This document shows, in pieces, positions 32,951-41,816 of a DNA stretch of 64,000 nt (the first letter of the stretch is position 1; each line of letters starts with the position of its first letter). The position numbers and the translations under genes are program-made. Location of the stretch: positions 608,001 to 672,000 of the forward strand of contig CAWCLO010000004.1 of assembly GCA_963796455.1 (NCBI GenBank), read 5' to 3'. This DNA is from Candidatus Sulfomarinibacteraceae bacterium (GTDB lineage Bacteria; Acidobacteriota; Thermoanaerobaculia; Thermoanaerobaculales; Sulfomarinibacteraceae). The notes beneath the pieces are model-generated. The model saw nothing but the letters and a program-made list of their open reading frames with translations. It was not told the origin of the DNA and did no database searches.

Positions 32951-33934
32951 ATGGAAAACTCGAAGGTCGTGGTCGTCGGAGCCGGTCTCTCGGGGCTGAC
33001 GTGTGCGCGGGAGCTGGCCGATGGCGGCCTCGATGTTCGGGTTTTTGACAAGGCGCGGGGTGCGGGTGGACGCATGGCGACCCGTCGAGCCGGCGACCTG
33101 TGTTTCGACCACGGAGCCCAGTACTTCACCGTCCGGGATGACCGGTTCGAGAAGACGGTCGATGCATGGTGTCGACAGGGGATTGTCGAGCCGTGGACAG
33201 GCAGGATAGCCGTCGTCGAAAACGGTGCCGTGTCCGAGAAAATCAGCCGCATCCCTCGGTTGGTCGGCGTGCCGGGCATGAACGCTGTTTGCCGGCACCT
33301 CGCTCGCGATCTCGATGTGTCGTACGGCACCAGAATCGAGGTTCTGAACCGGGAGGCCGACGAGTGGGTGCTGGCAGACCAGAACGGTGTCGAACTGGGG
33401 TCGTTCGACGCCGTAGTGGTGTCCGCTCCGGCACCCCAGACTGGCGCCCTCTTCCGCACCTGCTCGCCCGATCTCGCCGCCCATGCGGCATCGGTCGAGA
33501 TGTCGCCGTGCTGGGCGGCGATGATGACCTTTCCGGAAAGCTTGAATCTGGGCTTCGACGGTGCCTTCGTGAACAACTCCGCCATCACCTGGGTGGCTCG
33601 GGACGCCTCGAAGCCTGGGCGCCCGGATCACGAGGCCTGGGTGATCCACGCCTCGCAGGAGTGGTCGACCGCTCATCTGGAGCTGGAGCCCGGCCGTGCG
33701 GCCGAGGTCCTACTTCGCGAGTTCCGCGCTGCGCTGGGCCTGGAGAACAGGGATCCGAATCACCTGACCGCCCACCGGTGGAGGTTCGCGCTGCCACTCA
33801 ATCCTCTTCCTGAGACCTGTCTTTTTGATGCGAAGCTTCGATTGGCGGCGTGCGGCGATTGGTGCGGCGGACCGCGGGTCGAGGGCGCCTTCCTGTCGGG
33901 GCTCGCCGCCGCCGAAGGGATTCTCGGGCGCTAA
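32951..33934 (+). CDS. Renalase-like FAD-dependent oxidoreductase
   Basis: GAGLSG, GGRMATRR, FDHGAQYF, HRWRFA, GDWC.G.RVEGAFLSG. Confidence 0.9.
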   Translation: MENSKVVVVGAGLSGLTCARELADGGLDVRVFDKARGAGGRMATRRAGDLCFDHGAQYFTVRDDRFEKTVDAWCRQGIVEPWTGRIAVVENGAVSEKISRIPRLVGVPGMNAVCRHLARDLDVSYGTRIEVLNREADEWVLADQNGVELGSFDAVVVSAPAPQTGALFRTCSPDLAAHAASVEMSPCWAAMMTFPESLNLGFDGAFVNNSAITWVARDASKPGRPDHEAWVIHASQEWSTAHLELEPGRAAEVLLREFRAALGLENRDPNHLTAHRWRFALPLNPLPETCLFDAKLRLAACGDWCGGPRVEGAFLSGLAAAEGILGR

Positions 33935-34095
33935 GCTGGGGTGCCACCCATGAAGGGCGGACGACCGCATTGTCGAGGTGCACCCGGAGGTCTGCCTTCT
34001 TGACGCCGCGCCATTCCAACAATTCGTTCCGTGGCACCGGTCCTCAGCCCCGCTCATCGATCAGCAAGTGTGAAAGTGTGTGCGTGGCACCCATA
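33935..34095. repeat. Cluster: left core, internal core, two type C right arms
   Basis: GCTGGGGTGCCACCCATGAAG 33935; GGTGCACCC 33977; GTGGCACCG 34031; GTGGCACCC 34084. Confidence 0.85.
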
Positions 34096-34286
34096 CCTGT
34101 GCATGTCCATGTATGGATGTGTGTCAGCGAAAGGTCGGCCCATGGTAGGCTTTCACCGATATATAAGCCCAGCTGGAAAAGAAAATCACGTTTTAAGATC
34201 TCATTCCGAGATCGGAATCCGGATCCCCGCCGTTTCTGGAATAGGCGGCGACTCGTATCCGTTGTCCCGTCAGATTTGGAGGCGCG

Positions 34287-34658
34287 ATGCTCGTCGATCT
34301 GCAACGTTCGAACTTCGAAGACCACGTGATGTCCGTAGGCATCGTGCTCATCGATTGTTGGGCGCCGTGGTGCGGAGCGTGCAAGGACTTCATGCCCACC
34401 TTCGAAGCGGCGGCCGAGCGCCACGCCGAGCACACCTTCGCCAAGCTCGATACCCAGGCCGAGGAGGAGCTCGCCAAGAAGCTCAAGGTGAGTCACATCC
34501 CTACCATCATCCTGTTCCGCGATGGGCTGCTGCTCCTGCGGCGGCCGGGCTATCTGTCAGAGGTGGAAATCGACGAGGCCATCGGCACCGCAGAGGGTCT
34601 CGATATGGAACATGTACGGGCCGACATGGAGAAGCGGCTGGCCGGCGAATCCGGCTGA
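34287..34658 (+). CDS. Thioredoxin
   Basis: WAPWCGAC, IPT; GGAGG RBS. Confidence 0.88.
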   Translation: MLVDLQRSNFEDHVMSVGIVLIDCWAPWCGACKDFMPTFEAAAERHAEHTFAKLDTQAEEELAKKLKVSHIPTIILFRDGLLLLRRPGYLSEVEIDEAIGTAEGLDMEHVRADMEKRLAGESG

Positions 34659-34711
34659 GCTTCGCCGAACCATGTCATTGAAGATGAACTGAACACAACA
34701 AGGAGGAAGCG

Positions 34712-34894
34712 ATGACCGAGATCTACGAAGCTGATGTGGAGTTCAAGAAGACCCTGGGTGTGAAGTGGGTCAAGGTTGATTCGGGCCACACCTATCTGTG
34801 CCCGGTGGATGCTCTCAAGCGGTTCGAAAACCCTACCGAGGAACAGCTCAAGATGATCTGTGTCGACGAGTCGGATAACCCGCAGAACGACTGA
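34712..34894 (+). CDS. Small hypothetical protein with two Cys
   Basis: 60 aa, AGGAGG RBS, strong GC3 bias. Confidence 0.75.
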   Translation: MTEIYEADVEFKKTLGVKWVKVDSGHTYLCPVDALKRFENPTEEQLKMICVDESDNPQND

Positions 34895-34935
34895 GCCCGA
34901 GCGCCTTCAAGGCGCTCTCAGATCGTCAAATGTAA

Positions 34936-34974
34936 GGCGCCGCTGCGCCCGTGGCGCGGCGGCGCCATTTTTTT
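34936..34974 (+). terminator. Terminator-like hairpin just upstream of ahpC
   Basis: 14-bp GC stem followed by A-T7. Confidence 0.65.
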
Positions 34975-34984
34975 GGAGTGCATC

Positions 34985-35584
34985 ATGTCATTGCTGGTCA
35001 CCAAACCCGCGCCGGAATTCACGGCCACCGCCGTCCTCGCCGACGATAGCTTCGACGAGCAGTTCAGCCTCTCGGCCCTGCGCGGCAAGTACGTCGTGCT
35101 CTTCTTCTACCCGCTGGACTTCACCTTCGTCTGCCCCACCGAGATCCTTGCCTTCGACGAGGCGCTCGAGGATTTCCGCAAGCGAGATGCGGAGGTCGTC
35201 GGCGTGTCGGTGGACTCGCACTACACCCACGCCGCGTGGAAGCGCACCCATGTGGACGATGGTGGCATCGGTCCAATCCGCTACCCCCTGGTCTCCGACC
35301 TCAACAAGGAGATCGCACGCAGCTACGGCGTGCTGCTCGACGAGGGCATCGCGCTGCGAGGGCTCTTCCTGATCGACAAGGAAGGCATCGTCCGCCACGC
35401 CCTGGTCAACGACCTGCCGCTCGGCCGCAATGTCAGCGAGGCCCTGCGGGTGCTCGACGCGCTGCGCTTCCACGAGCTGCGCGGCGACGTCTGCCCGGCC
35501 AACTGGAACGAGGGTGAGGATGGCATCGAGGAGTCCCAGGACGGAATCGTCGACTACCTCTCCAAATACGCCGCCAAAGACTGA
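34985..35584 (+). CDS. ahpC: 2-Cys peroxiredoxin
   Basis: FYPLDFTFVCPTE, GRN, VCPANW. Confidence 0.93.
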   Translation: MSLLVTKPAPEFTATAVLADDSFDEQFSLSALRGKYVVLFFYPLDFTFVCPTEILAFDEALEDFRKRDAEVVGVSVDSHYTHAAWKRTHVDDGGIGPIRYPLVSDLNKEIARSYGVLLDEGIALRGLFLIDKEGIVRHALVNDLPLGRNVSEALRVLDALRFHELRGDVCPANWNEGEDGIEESQDGIVDYLSKYAAKD

Positions 35585-35716
35585 GCTGTCTGCCAGGCTT
35601 TCGGATTTTCGGAAGTTCGAGCGAGAATCAAGACCAAACAAATCCCCAGGTTCCTGAAGCCTGGCAGCGAAATTTTTGAAATTCGAATCCACGCGAACCA
35701 CGGCGGGCTTGGAGGC

Positions 35717-35747
35717 GCAGCACCCAACAATGCGAAGGGTGGAACCC
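35717..35747. repeat. Type B-like right arm
   Basis: GCAGCACCCAACAATGCGAAGGGTGGAACCC. Confidence 0.65.
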
Positions 35748-35814
35748 ACAGGCGTTCAGGACCATGTACTATGGCCTCCGCACCTAAAATCGAGAGCTGG
35801 TGAGGGGAGAGACC

Positions 35815-36177
35815 ATGGAAACTGCTGTTCTCATCATTCAGGTCGTGATCGCCCTGGGAATCTTCAATGTCTGGGTTCTTCGTTTCGGGAAATCGACCGA
35901 GTGGCGCGGCGGTACAGCCGCCAACATGAAGGAAGAGTTCCAGGCCTATGGCCTGCCGTCGTGGTCGGTGCAGGTCGTCGGTTTCCTGAAGCTCGTGTTT
36001 GCCGCATGTCTGCTCGCGGGCATCTGGTTTCCGACGTTGACCAAACCTGCGGCGGTCGGCATCGCGATTCTGATGCTCGCTGCTGTCGCGATGCATCTGA
36101 AGGTCAAAGATCCATTGAAAAAATCCCTGCCTGCCCTGACGATGCTTCTCCTGTCGGTGATCGTCGCGGCATCCTGA
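35815..36177 (+). CDS. DoxX family membrane protein
   Basis: NVWVLR...EEF..YGLP...MHLKVKDP. Confidence 0.85.
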   Translation: METAVLIIQVVIALGIFNVWVLRFGKSTEWRGGTAANMKEEFQAYGLPSWSVQVVGFLKLVFAACLLAGIWFPTLTKPAAVGIAILMLAAVAMHLKVKDPLKKSLPALTMLLLSVIVAAS

Positions 36178-36302
36178 CCCGTCTCCGTCCGCTCGCGGGA
36201 ATAGGAGTAGGGGGAATCAGGTTCCGCCATCTAGCGTCTCGCACGATTAAAAAGCGGTTTGGTATTTAGCGGAGCGTGGTTTTCGCTTCGGGAGGATCAG
36301 CA

Positions 36303-36485
36303 ATGACTGTAACGAAAAAAGCGAAGTTGCTCATTATCGTGGCCGCGGGATTGTCTTTTCTTTTATCAGTCGGCCTTTGGTTTAGCGGGCAAAAAGAAGA
36401 GGGTATGTTTGTCGGTCTCTGGGTGCCGTCCATTCTGTCCCTTGGAGCGCTGCTTTTCGCCGGTCGGGGAGCGTCGAGCCAATGA
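36303..36485 (+). CDS. Small membrane protein
   Basis: SFLLSVGLWFSG.KEEG.FVGLWVPSIL; GGAGG RBS. Confidence 0.7.
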   Translation: MTVTKKAKLLIIVAAGLSFLLSVGLWFSGQKEEGMFVGLWVPSILSLGALLFAGRGASSQ

Positions 36486-36673
36486 GCGCTCTTGGCATTT
36501 TCCTTTTCGGGCTCGTCGTCACCGGAATCACGCTGACGGCGGTTTTCCTGATAGGCCTGAGTGAAGCTTCTGATCCAGCGCATAGCCGGCTGAGCGATCT
36601 CTCGGCGCTGGAGAGAAAATTGGTCTCTCGGCCGAACGAAGGGGAAGAGGACGCGTCGAGCGGCGCGCGGTAG
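36482..36673 (+). CDS. Small membrane protein
   Basis: ATGA overlap with the upstream gene; single TM. Confidence 0.6.
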   Translation: MSALGIFLFGLVVTGITLTAVFLIGLSEASDPAHSRLSDLSALERKLVSRPNEGEEDASSGAR

Positions 36674-36800
36674 ATAGGTCGGCCGTTCGCGGAGTGACCT
36701 CGTCACGCTGGATCGCTTGAGACTTCGGTCCGGCGGATCGTGTGAGCTGGAATTCGCTTCCTGTCCTTGAGGTTGCCCAGGCATCGCAAAAGGAGGAAAA

Positions 36801-37433
36801 ATGTCACGACGCGCTTCAGTTTTTGTCTCAATGTCGTTTCTCGTGGTGGTTGCTATTGCCTGCGGAGGTGGGCAGCAGCAGTCTTCTGGCCCGCAACCCG
36901 CGCAGCCGGTGGCGGCAGTCGAGGAGGGTCCGACGGGGACCATCGACCACACCGTCGAGTCGTTGACCGGTGACACGGTCGAGCTGGCCTCCTTCCGAGG
37001 TCGGCCGATGCTGATCGTCAACACCGCCTCGAAGTGCGGCTATACACCGCAGTACGAAGGCCTCCAAAAGCTCTACGAGCGCTACGGCGAGGGCGATCTC
37101 GTGGTGATCGGTTTTCCGAGTAACGATTTCGGAAATCAGGAGCCCGGCACAGCCGAGGAGATCGGTAACTTCTGTCGCCTCAACTATGGTGTGACCTTCC
37201 CGATGATGGCCAAGGTCCATACCAAGGGCGTCGATCAAGCGCCAATCTATCGGACTCTCACCGCCGAGAGCGGCGACGAATACGAGGGCGAGGTTCGGTG
37301 GAACTTTACGAAGTTTCTGATCGACCAGGAAGGTCGTGTGGTTGCTCGCTTCGAGTCCGCGGTCGAGCCGTTAGATGAACAGATTACCTCTGCCGTCGAT
37401 GCATTATTGGCCGAGGCGACTCCGCAGGGTTGA
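36801..37433 (+). CDS. Glutathione peroxidase (Cys type, lipoprotein)
   Basis: VNTASKCGYTPQY, GFPSNDFGNQEPG, WNFTKFLID; lipobox IAC. Confidence 0.93.
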   Translation: MSRRASVFVSMSFLVVVAIACGGGQQQSSGPQPAQPVAAVEEGPTGTIDHTVESLTGDTVELASFRGRPMLIVNTASKCGYTPQYEGLQKLYERYGEGDLVVIGFPSNDFGNQEPGTAEEIGNFCRLNYGVTFPMMAKVHTKGVDQAPIYRTLTAESGDEYEGEVRWNFTKFLIDQEGRVVARFESAVEPLDEQITSAVDALLAEATPQG

Positions 37434-37496
37434 GGTATTTCTTGGGGCTCGATCGGGGCTGCAGCCTATAATGTTCGACGAAGGGCGAACAGAACC

Positions 37497-37946
37497 ATGA
37501 GCGACGACCGCAGCCACATGGAAGCTCTGCGCGAGATGCTGGACCACCAGCTGCTGGGTGTGCTTGGAACTCATCACGAAGGCGAGCCCTACACGAGCCT
37601 GATCGGTTTCGCGGCCACCGCCGATCTCAAACACCTGCTCTTTGCTACCGGTCGTGCAACTCGCAAGCACGCCAATCTTGCCGCCGATGCCCGCGCCTCG
37701 ATGTTGGTCGACACCCGAACGAATCGTCCTGTCGACTTTACAGAGGCGGCCGCTGCGACCGCGGTAGGAGTGGTGGAAGAGGTGGCGAAATCCGAGCGCG
37801 AGGACTTCGACCGGGTTTTCCTGGCCAAGCATCCCCATCTCGAGAGCTTCGTGCGTTCGCCGAGTTGCGTGCGGCTGCGCCTCCGGGTGTCGGTCTACAT
37901 GGTGGTGGCCCGCTTCCAACACGTCATCGAACTCCATATCGACTGA
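37497..37946 (+). CDS. Pyridoxamine 5'-phosphate oxidase-like FMN-binding protein
   Basis: GVLGT...PYTSL.GF...FAT.R.TRK..NL. Confidence 0.82.
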   Translation: MSDDRSHMEALREMLDHQLLGVLGTHHEGEPYTSLIGFAATADLKHLLFATGRATRKHANLAADARASMLVDTRTNRPVDFTEAAAATAVGVVEEVAKSEREDFDRVFLAKHPHLESFVRSPSCVRLRLRVSVYMVVARFQHVIELHID

Positions 37947-40159
37947 TGAATTTGGTTGTCGGCCTCGACCAGATCGGTGATGACGACGGTGGCCGGGTCG
38001 GTGGCAAGGCCGTTGCGCTCGCGGCTCTGAAGCGGACCGGCCATCCCGTTCCCCGTTCGCTGTGCCTGACGACCGATGCCTACGAACTGTTCGTCGAGCG
38101 GGCGTCGCTGCGAGCCGTCCTCCACCAGGAGCTGGGTCGCAAGAATTTCGAGGACATGCGCTGGGAAGAGATCTGGGACGTGGCGCTGCGCATCCGCAAC
38201 CGCTTTCTGAGGGCACCGGTGCCACACGATGTCGTGGCCGCGGTCGAAGCACAACTGGCGAAATATCTGCCCGAGGTCGCTCTCGCGGTGCGCTCGTCGG
38301 CGCCCGGCGAAGACTCGGAAGGCGCGTCCTTTGCCGGCCTCCACGACAGCTTTGTCGGCGTGTTCGGCGCCCCTGCAGTGGTCGAGGCGATTCGCGGGGT
38401 ATGGGCCTCGTTGTGGAGCGACCGGGCCCTGCTCTACCGCCGCGAACTCGGAATCGACGTTGACACGAGTTCGATGGCAGTCGTGATCCAGGAGCTCATT
38501 GAAGGCTCGGTCTCCGGGATCGCCTTCGGGGTCCATCCGACGGATCCTGAGCTGGCCGTCGTCGAGTCGGTCTACGGCCTCAACCAGGGTCTGGTCGACG
38601 GTACGATCGAACCCGATCACTGGACCGTTGACCGGATGACGGGGCGCACCGTTTCGCACACTGCACCGAGCGGCCGCCGGCGGCTGCTGGCCCGCGGTTC
38701 TCAAACTCAGGTCGAACAGGTGCCGCCGGGCATGGCTGGCACACCGCCGCTCGACGAGGAAAGCCTGACCCGCGTCGTCGATGCGGCTCGCGCCGCCGAG
38801 GCACTTTTCGGTGCGCCGCAGGACGTGGAATGGACCATCGCTGATGGGCGGCTGGTGCTCTTGCAGTCGCGGCCCGTGACAACTTCCACCGCGAGTGAGG
38901 GCGACAAGCGGGCGTGGTACCTGAGCCTGACCCGCAGCCTCGACAATCTCCGCGGCCTCCGCGAGCGGGTCGAAAGTGAATTGCTGCCGGCGATGGATCG
39001 GGAGGCTGATGAAATCGCGGAGCGCGATCTCGGGGTGCTCGATGCCGAGGACTTGGCTGAGGAGATCGAGCGCCGCCGGACAGTCCACGACCGATGGGTC
39101 GACATCTACTGGCGGGAATTTATTCCATTAGCGCACGGCATTCGTCTCTTCGGTCAGTTCTACAACGACATCGCACGGCCGGATGATCCTTACGAGTTCA
39201 TGGAGCTGCTGGCTGCCACACCGATGCTCAGCGTTCGCCGCAACGGCGAGCTTGAACGAATCGCTTCGATGGTGCGGGAAAGTCCCGAGATTCGCGCCAG
39301 TCTCGCAAGCGGAGAACCTGCCGATGCAGAATTCGAACGTGAGTTCGAGGGTTTTCAGCGCACGTTTGGCGACACGGTTTATGCAGACCAGCAGTGCTTT
39401 GCCAATCGTGCACGCCTGGTACGGTTGCTGCTGTCACTGGCTGACGTGCCGGCGGCGGCGAAACCGGCGTCCGCTGTCGATGTCGAAGCTCGCACCGAAG
39501 CCTTCATCGAAAGTGTCGACATCGACAGGCGCGAGCTGGCACGGGAGCTGGTCGATATCGGACGGGTCAGCTACCGGTTGAGGGATGATGACAACATCCA
39601 TCTTGCCCGTCTCGAGGGTCTGGTGTTGGCGGCGGTCGAGAAGGGCCGGCGAAAGCTCGGCGAGCGCAGCGGTGATGTTGCGCGCGCGGAGCTCGAGGAT
39701 GTCGTGCTTGGGCTGCGTCACCCGAATCTGGTGGTCGAGGCGAAACCGGAGCAGCAGCGACTGGTTGCTGAGCCAGGTTTCCGCGCGCGGCCGCGGCAGC
39801 TGGTCGGCCAGCCGGCGGGCCCGGGGGTGACCACCGGCGCCGCCCGTGTGATCGACGACGTCGATGACCTCTTCGAGTTCCAGCCCGGCGAGGTGCTGGT
39901 GTGCGACGCGGTCGATCCAAACATGACATTTATCGTACCGATGGCGAGCGCGGTCGTCGAGCGCCGAGGCGGCATGTTGATTCACGGCGCCATCATCGCC
40001 CGCGAGTACGGTCTTCCATGCGTCACGGGTGTTCCCGATGCCACGAAACTGATCGGCACCGGCGACCAACTGACGGTGGACGGTTACCTCGGTATCGTGA
40101 CCGTCAGCCGACCAACGCCCTCGCAAGGTCGAAGCATCCGTGGCCTCGATCAGGGCTGA
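37946..40159 (+). CDS. PEP-synthase-like phosphotransferase (ATP-grasp + central + His-swivel domain)
   Basis: VGGKA, AVRSSA..ED...SFAG, PQDVEW, LQSRPVT, GGMLIHGAIIAREYG. Confidence 0.85.
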   Translation: MNLVVGLDQIGDDDGGRVGGKAVALAALKRTGHPVPRSLCLTTDAYELFVERASLRAVLHQELGRKNFEDMRWEEIWDVALRIRNRFLRAPVPHDVVAAVEAQLAKYLPEVALAVRSSAPGEDSEGASFAGLHDSFVGVFGAPAVVEAIRGVWASLWSDRALLYRRELGIDVDTSSMAVVIQELIEGSVSGIAFGVHPTDPELAVVESVYGLNQGLVDGTIEPDHWTVDRMTGRTVSHTAPSGRRRLLARGSQTQVEQVPPGMAGTPPLDEESLTRVVDAARAAEALFGAPQDVEWTIADGRLVLLQSRPVTTSTASEGDKRAWYLSLTRSLDNLRGLRERVESELLPAMDREADEIAERDLGVLDAEDLAEEIERRRTVHDRWVDIYWREFIPLAHGIRLFGQFYNDIARPDDPYEFMELLAATPMLSVRRNGELERIASMVRESPEIRASLASGEPADAEFEREFEGFQRTFGDTVYADQQCFANRARLVRLLLSLADVPAAAKPASAVDVEARTEAFIESVDIDRRELARELVDIGRVSYRLRDDDNIHLARLEGLVLAAVEKGRRKLGERSGDVARAELEDVVLGLRHPNLVVEAKPEQQRLVAEPGFRARPRQLVGQPAGPGVTTGAARVIDDVDDLFEFQPGEVLVCDAVDPNMTFIVPMASAVVERRGGMLIHGAIIAREYGLPCVTGVPDATKLIGTGDQLTVDGYLGIVTVSRPTPSQGRSIRGLDQG

Positions 40160-40189
40160 AAACGGTAGTCTCTGTCAGTTGCTTCAAAT

Positions 40190-40254
40190 GGGCGCCATTT
40201 GGGCGGTACCCATGTGCTCGTCACACTTCAACAATTCGCTACGTGGGACCCATC
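40190..40254. repeat. Element with type C right arm overlapping the phosphatase 3' end
   Basis: GGGCGCCAT 40190; GGGCGGTACCCATG 40201; CACACTTCAACAATTCGCTACGTGGGACCCATC. Confidence 0.75.
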
Positions 40255-41325
40255 GCGGCTCACCACCACCACGCTGCAGTCGTCGTAGAGGGGCTCGTCG
40301 CCGCGAAAATCGTCCACCTGTTGCAGCACCCGGTCGTGCACCGATCGGCTCGAACCGCCTTGCGCCACGGCCGCCATCAGGCGCTCGAACCCGAACGATT
40401 CGCCGGCGCGGTCGAGAGTCTCGAAGACTCCGTCGGTGAACAGAAGAAGGGTGTCGCCAGGCTCGACCACCGCGTGATCGGCCACCATCTCGAGATTGAG
40501 CCGAATACCCAGCGGCAGGCTCCCTGTGCCGAGTTCGAGGACCTCACCCGAAGCGCGCCGAAGCAGTGGGTACGGGTGGCCGGCGCAGACGTAGTCCAGC
40601 CTCCCGCTCGGAGGGTCCAACACGCCGCAAAACAAGGTCATGAAGTCGCGGCTGCCGCCGGTGCGGTACAGGGCGCGGTTGACCAGGCGGCTCACCGGAA
40701 TGGGCTCGGAATCGTGGTCGAACCCGAGCTTGAGCGCCGAGTTGGCGATCGCCATCACCAGTCCAGCGGCGATGCCGTGACCGCTGGCGTCGCCGATGAC
40801 GATGGCGAGACGTCCGTCGTCGAGCGGCAGGAAGTCGTAGTAGTCGCCACCGATGGTGTTGGCGGTGCGGTAGGAGAACATGAACTCGTAGCCCTCGACC
40901 CCCGGTTCCTGTCTGGGCAGCAGCTCGCGCTGCAGATCGCGCGCCACCTCGAGTTCGTCGCGCACCACGACTCGATCGGCGAGTTCGAGCACCAACAGGA
41001 AGATCAGCCCGGCGATGCTCACGAGCGACAACGGCATTAATCGATAAGTCATCCCCCACAGCGCGAAGACGATGCACGCTACAAAAACCAACCGTCGCGG
41101 TGGCGACAGCTTGTAAGACAGCCCGAGAAACAGAATTTTCGCTCGGTAGAAAAATCGCCAGAAGCGGCTGGCGGGCTCCCCGTCGTTGTCGTGCTCGCGC
41201 GTTACCACTTCGTATGCCCGCACGGCATCGCGATCGAAGAGGCGTCGGAACTCGCCCCCGCGAAAGCCCTCGGTCGAGGACCTCACGTATTGCTCCGCCT
41301 TTCGAAACCACTCCGCCGTTTTCAT
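40228..41325 (-). CDS. PP2C/SpoIIE-type Ser/Thr phosphatase with TM segments
   Basis: GGDYYDF, IGDASGHG, CAGHP, FTDGV.E, DDCS. Confidence 0.9.
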   Translation of the reverse strand: MKTAEWFRKAEQYVRSSTEGFRGGEFRRLFDRDAVRAYEVVTREHDNDGEPASRFWRFFYRAKILFLGLSYKLSPPRRLVFVACIVFALWGMTYRLMPLSLVSIAGLIFLLVLELADRVVVRDELEVARDLQRELLPRQEPGVEGYEFMFSYRTANTIGGDYYDFLPLDDGRLAIVIGDASGHGIAAGLVMAIANSALKLGFDHDSEPIPVSRLVNRALYRTGGSRDFMTLFCGVLDPPSGRLDYVCAGHPYPLLRRASGEVLELGTGSLPLGIRLNLEMVADHAVVEPGDTLLLFTDGVFETLDRAGESFGFERLMAAVAQGGSSRSVHDRVLQQVDDFRGDEPLYDDCSVVVVSRDGSHVANC

Positions 41326-41405
41326 CGTGCCCCACAGCGTACTACGGTTGCCTTGACCCTTTGGTTTCGGCGCTCCCTCAGGGCCCAGCCTCACTGAGAA
41401 TGTCT

Positions 41406-41477
41406 GGCGCCCCCTTGCTCGCATCCTCATAAAGCAACAATGAGTCATTGCGAAGGATGGCACCCATCGCACCCATC
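41406..41477. repeat. Type B element with stuttered right core
   Basis: GGCGCCCCC...AGCAACAATGAGTCATTGCGAAGGATGGCACCCATCGCACCCATC. Confidence 0.8.
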
Positions 41478-41695
41478 GGCTGGTATCGGGATGGTTGCTG
41501 TCAAACCGACGAGGCGGATCTCGGGCGCCACGTGGCGTGCGCGGTGATGACCGGGAAATTCCTCGAGTTCACGCGATCCCGCGGCAACGATCTGTCGACA
41601 CCGGCGTCACAGCCCGGCTTGCCGGGGTTCAAACCCGGCGACCGTTGGTGTCTCTGGACGACCTTGAGGCACACTCCGCTGATCCCGTGGCATAA
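41466..41695 (+). pseudogene. DUF2237 family remnant (N-truncated, internal deletion)
   Basis: GWYRDGCC.T...H..CA.MT..FL.F.RSRGNDLSTP...PGDRWCL; C-terminus VSLDDLEAH in another frame. Confidence 0.8.
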
Positions 41696-41728
41696 ATCCC
41701 TGCCCAAACCGGTGGAGATTACCGGCCA

Positions 41729-41804
41729 GGGTGCCGCGTAATTCAACGTGACATGAGGTGGGACCAAATCGATTCACAAAGTCAACAGGTGATGCGTGGC
41801 GCCT
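41729..41804. repeat. 76-bp element with type C right arm
   Basis: GGGTGCCGCG...CACAAAGTCAACAGGTGATGCGTGGCGCCT. Confidence 0.75.
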
Positions 41805-41816
41805 CTGGTGAAAAAA

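Noticed and set aside
36801..37433. Selenocysteine in glutathione peroxidase, AhpC or thioredoxin
   Set aside because: Their active-site codons are Cys in open frames.
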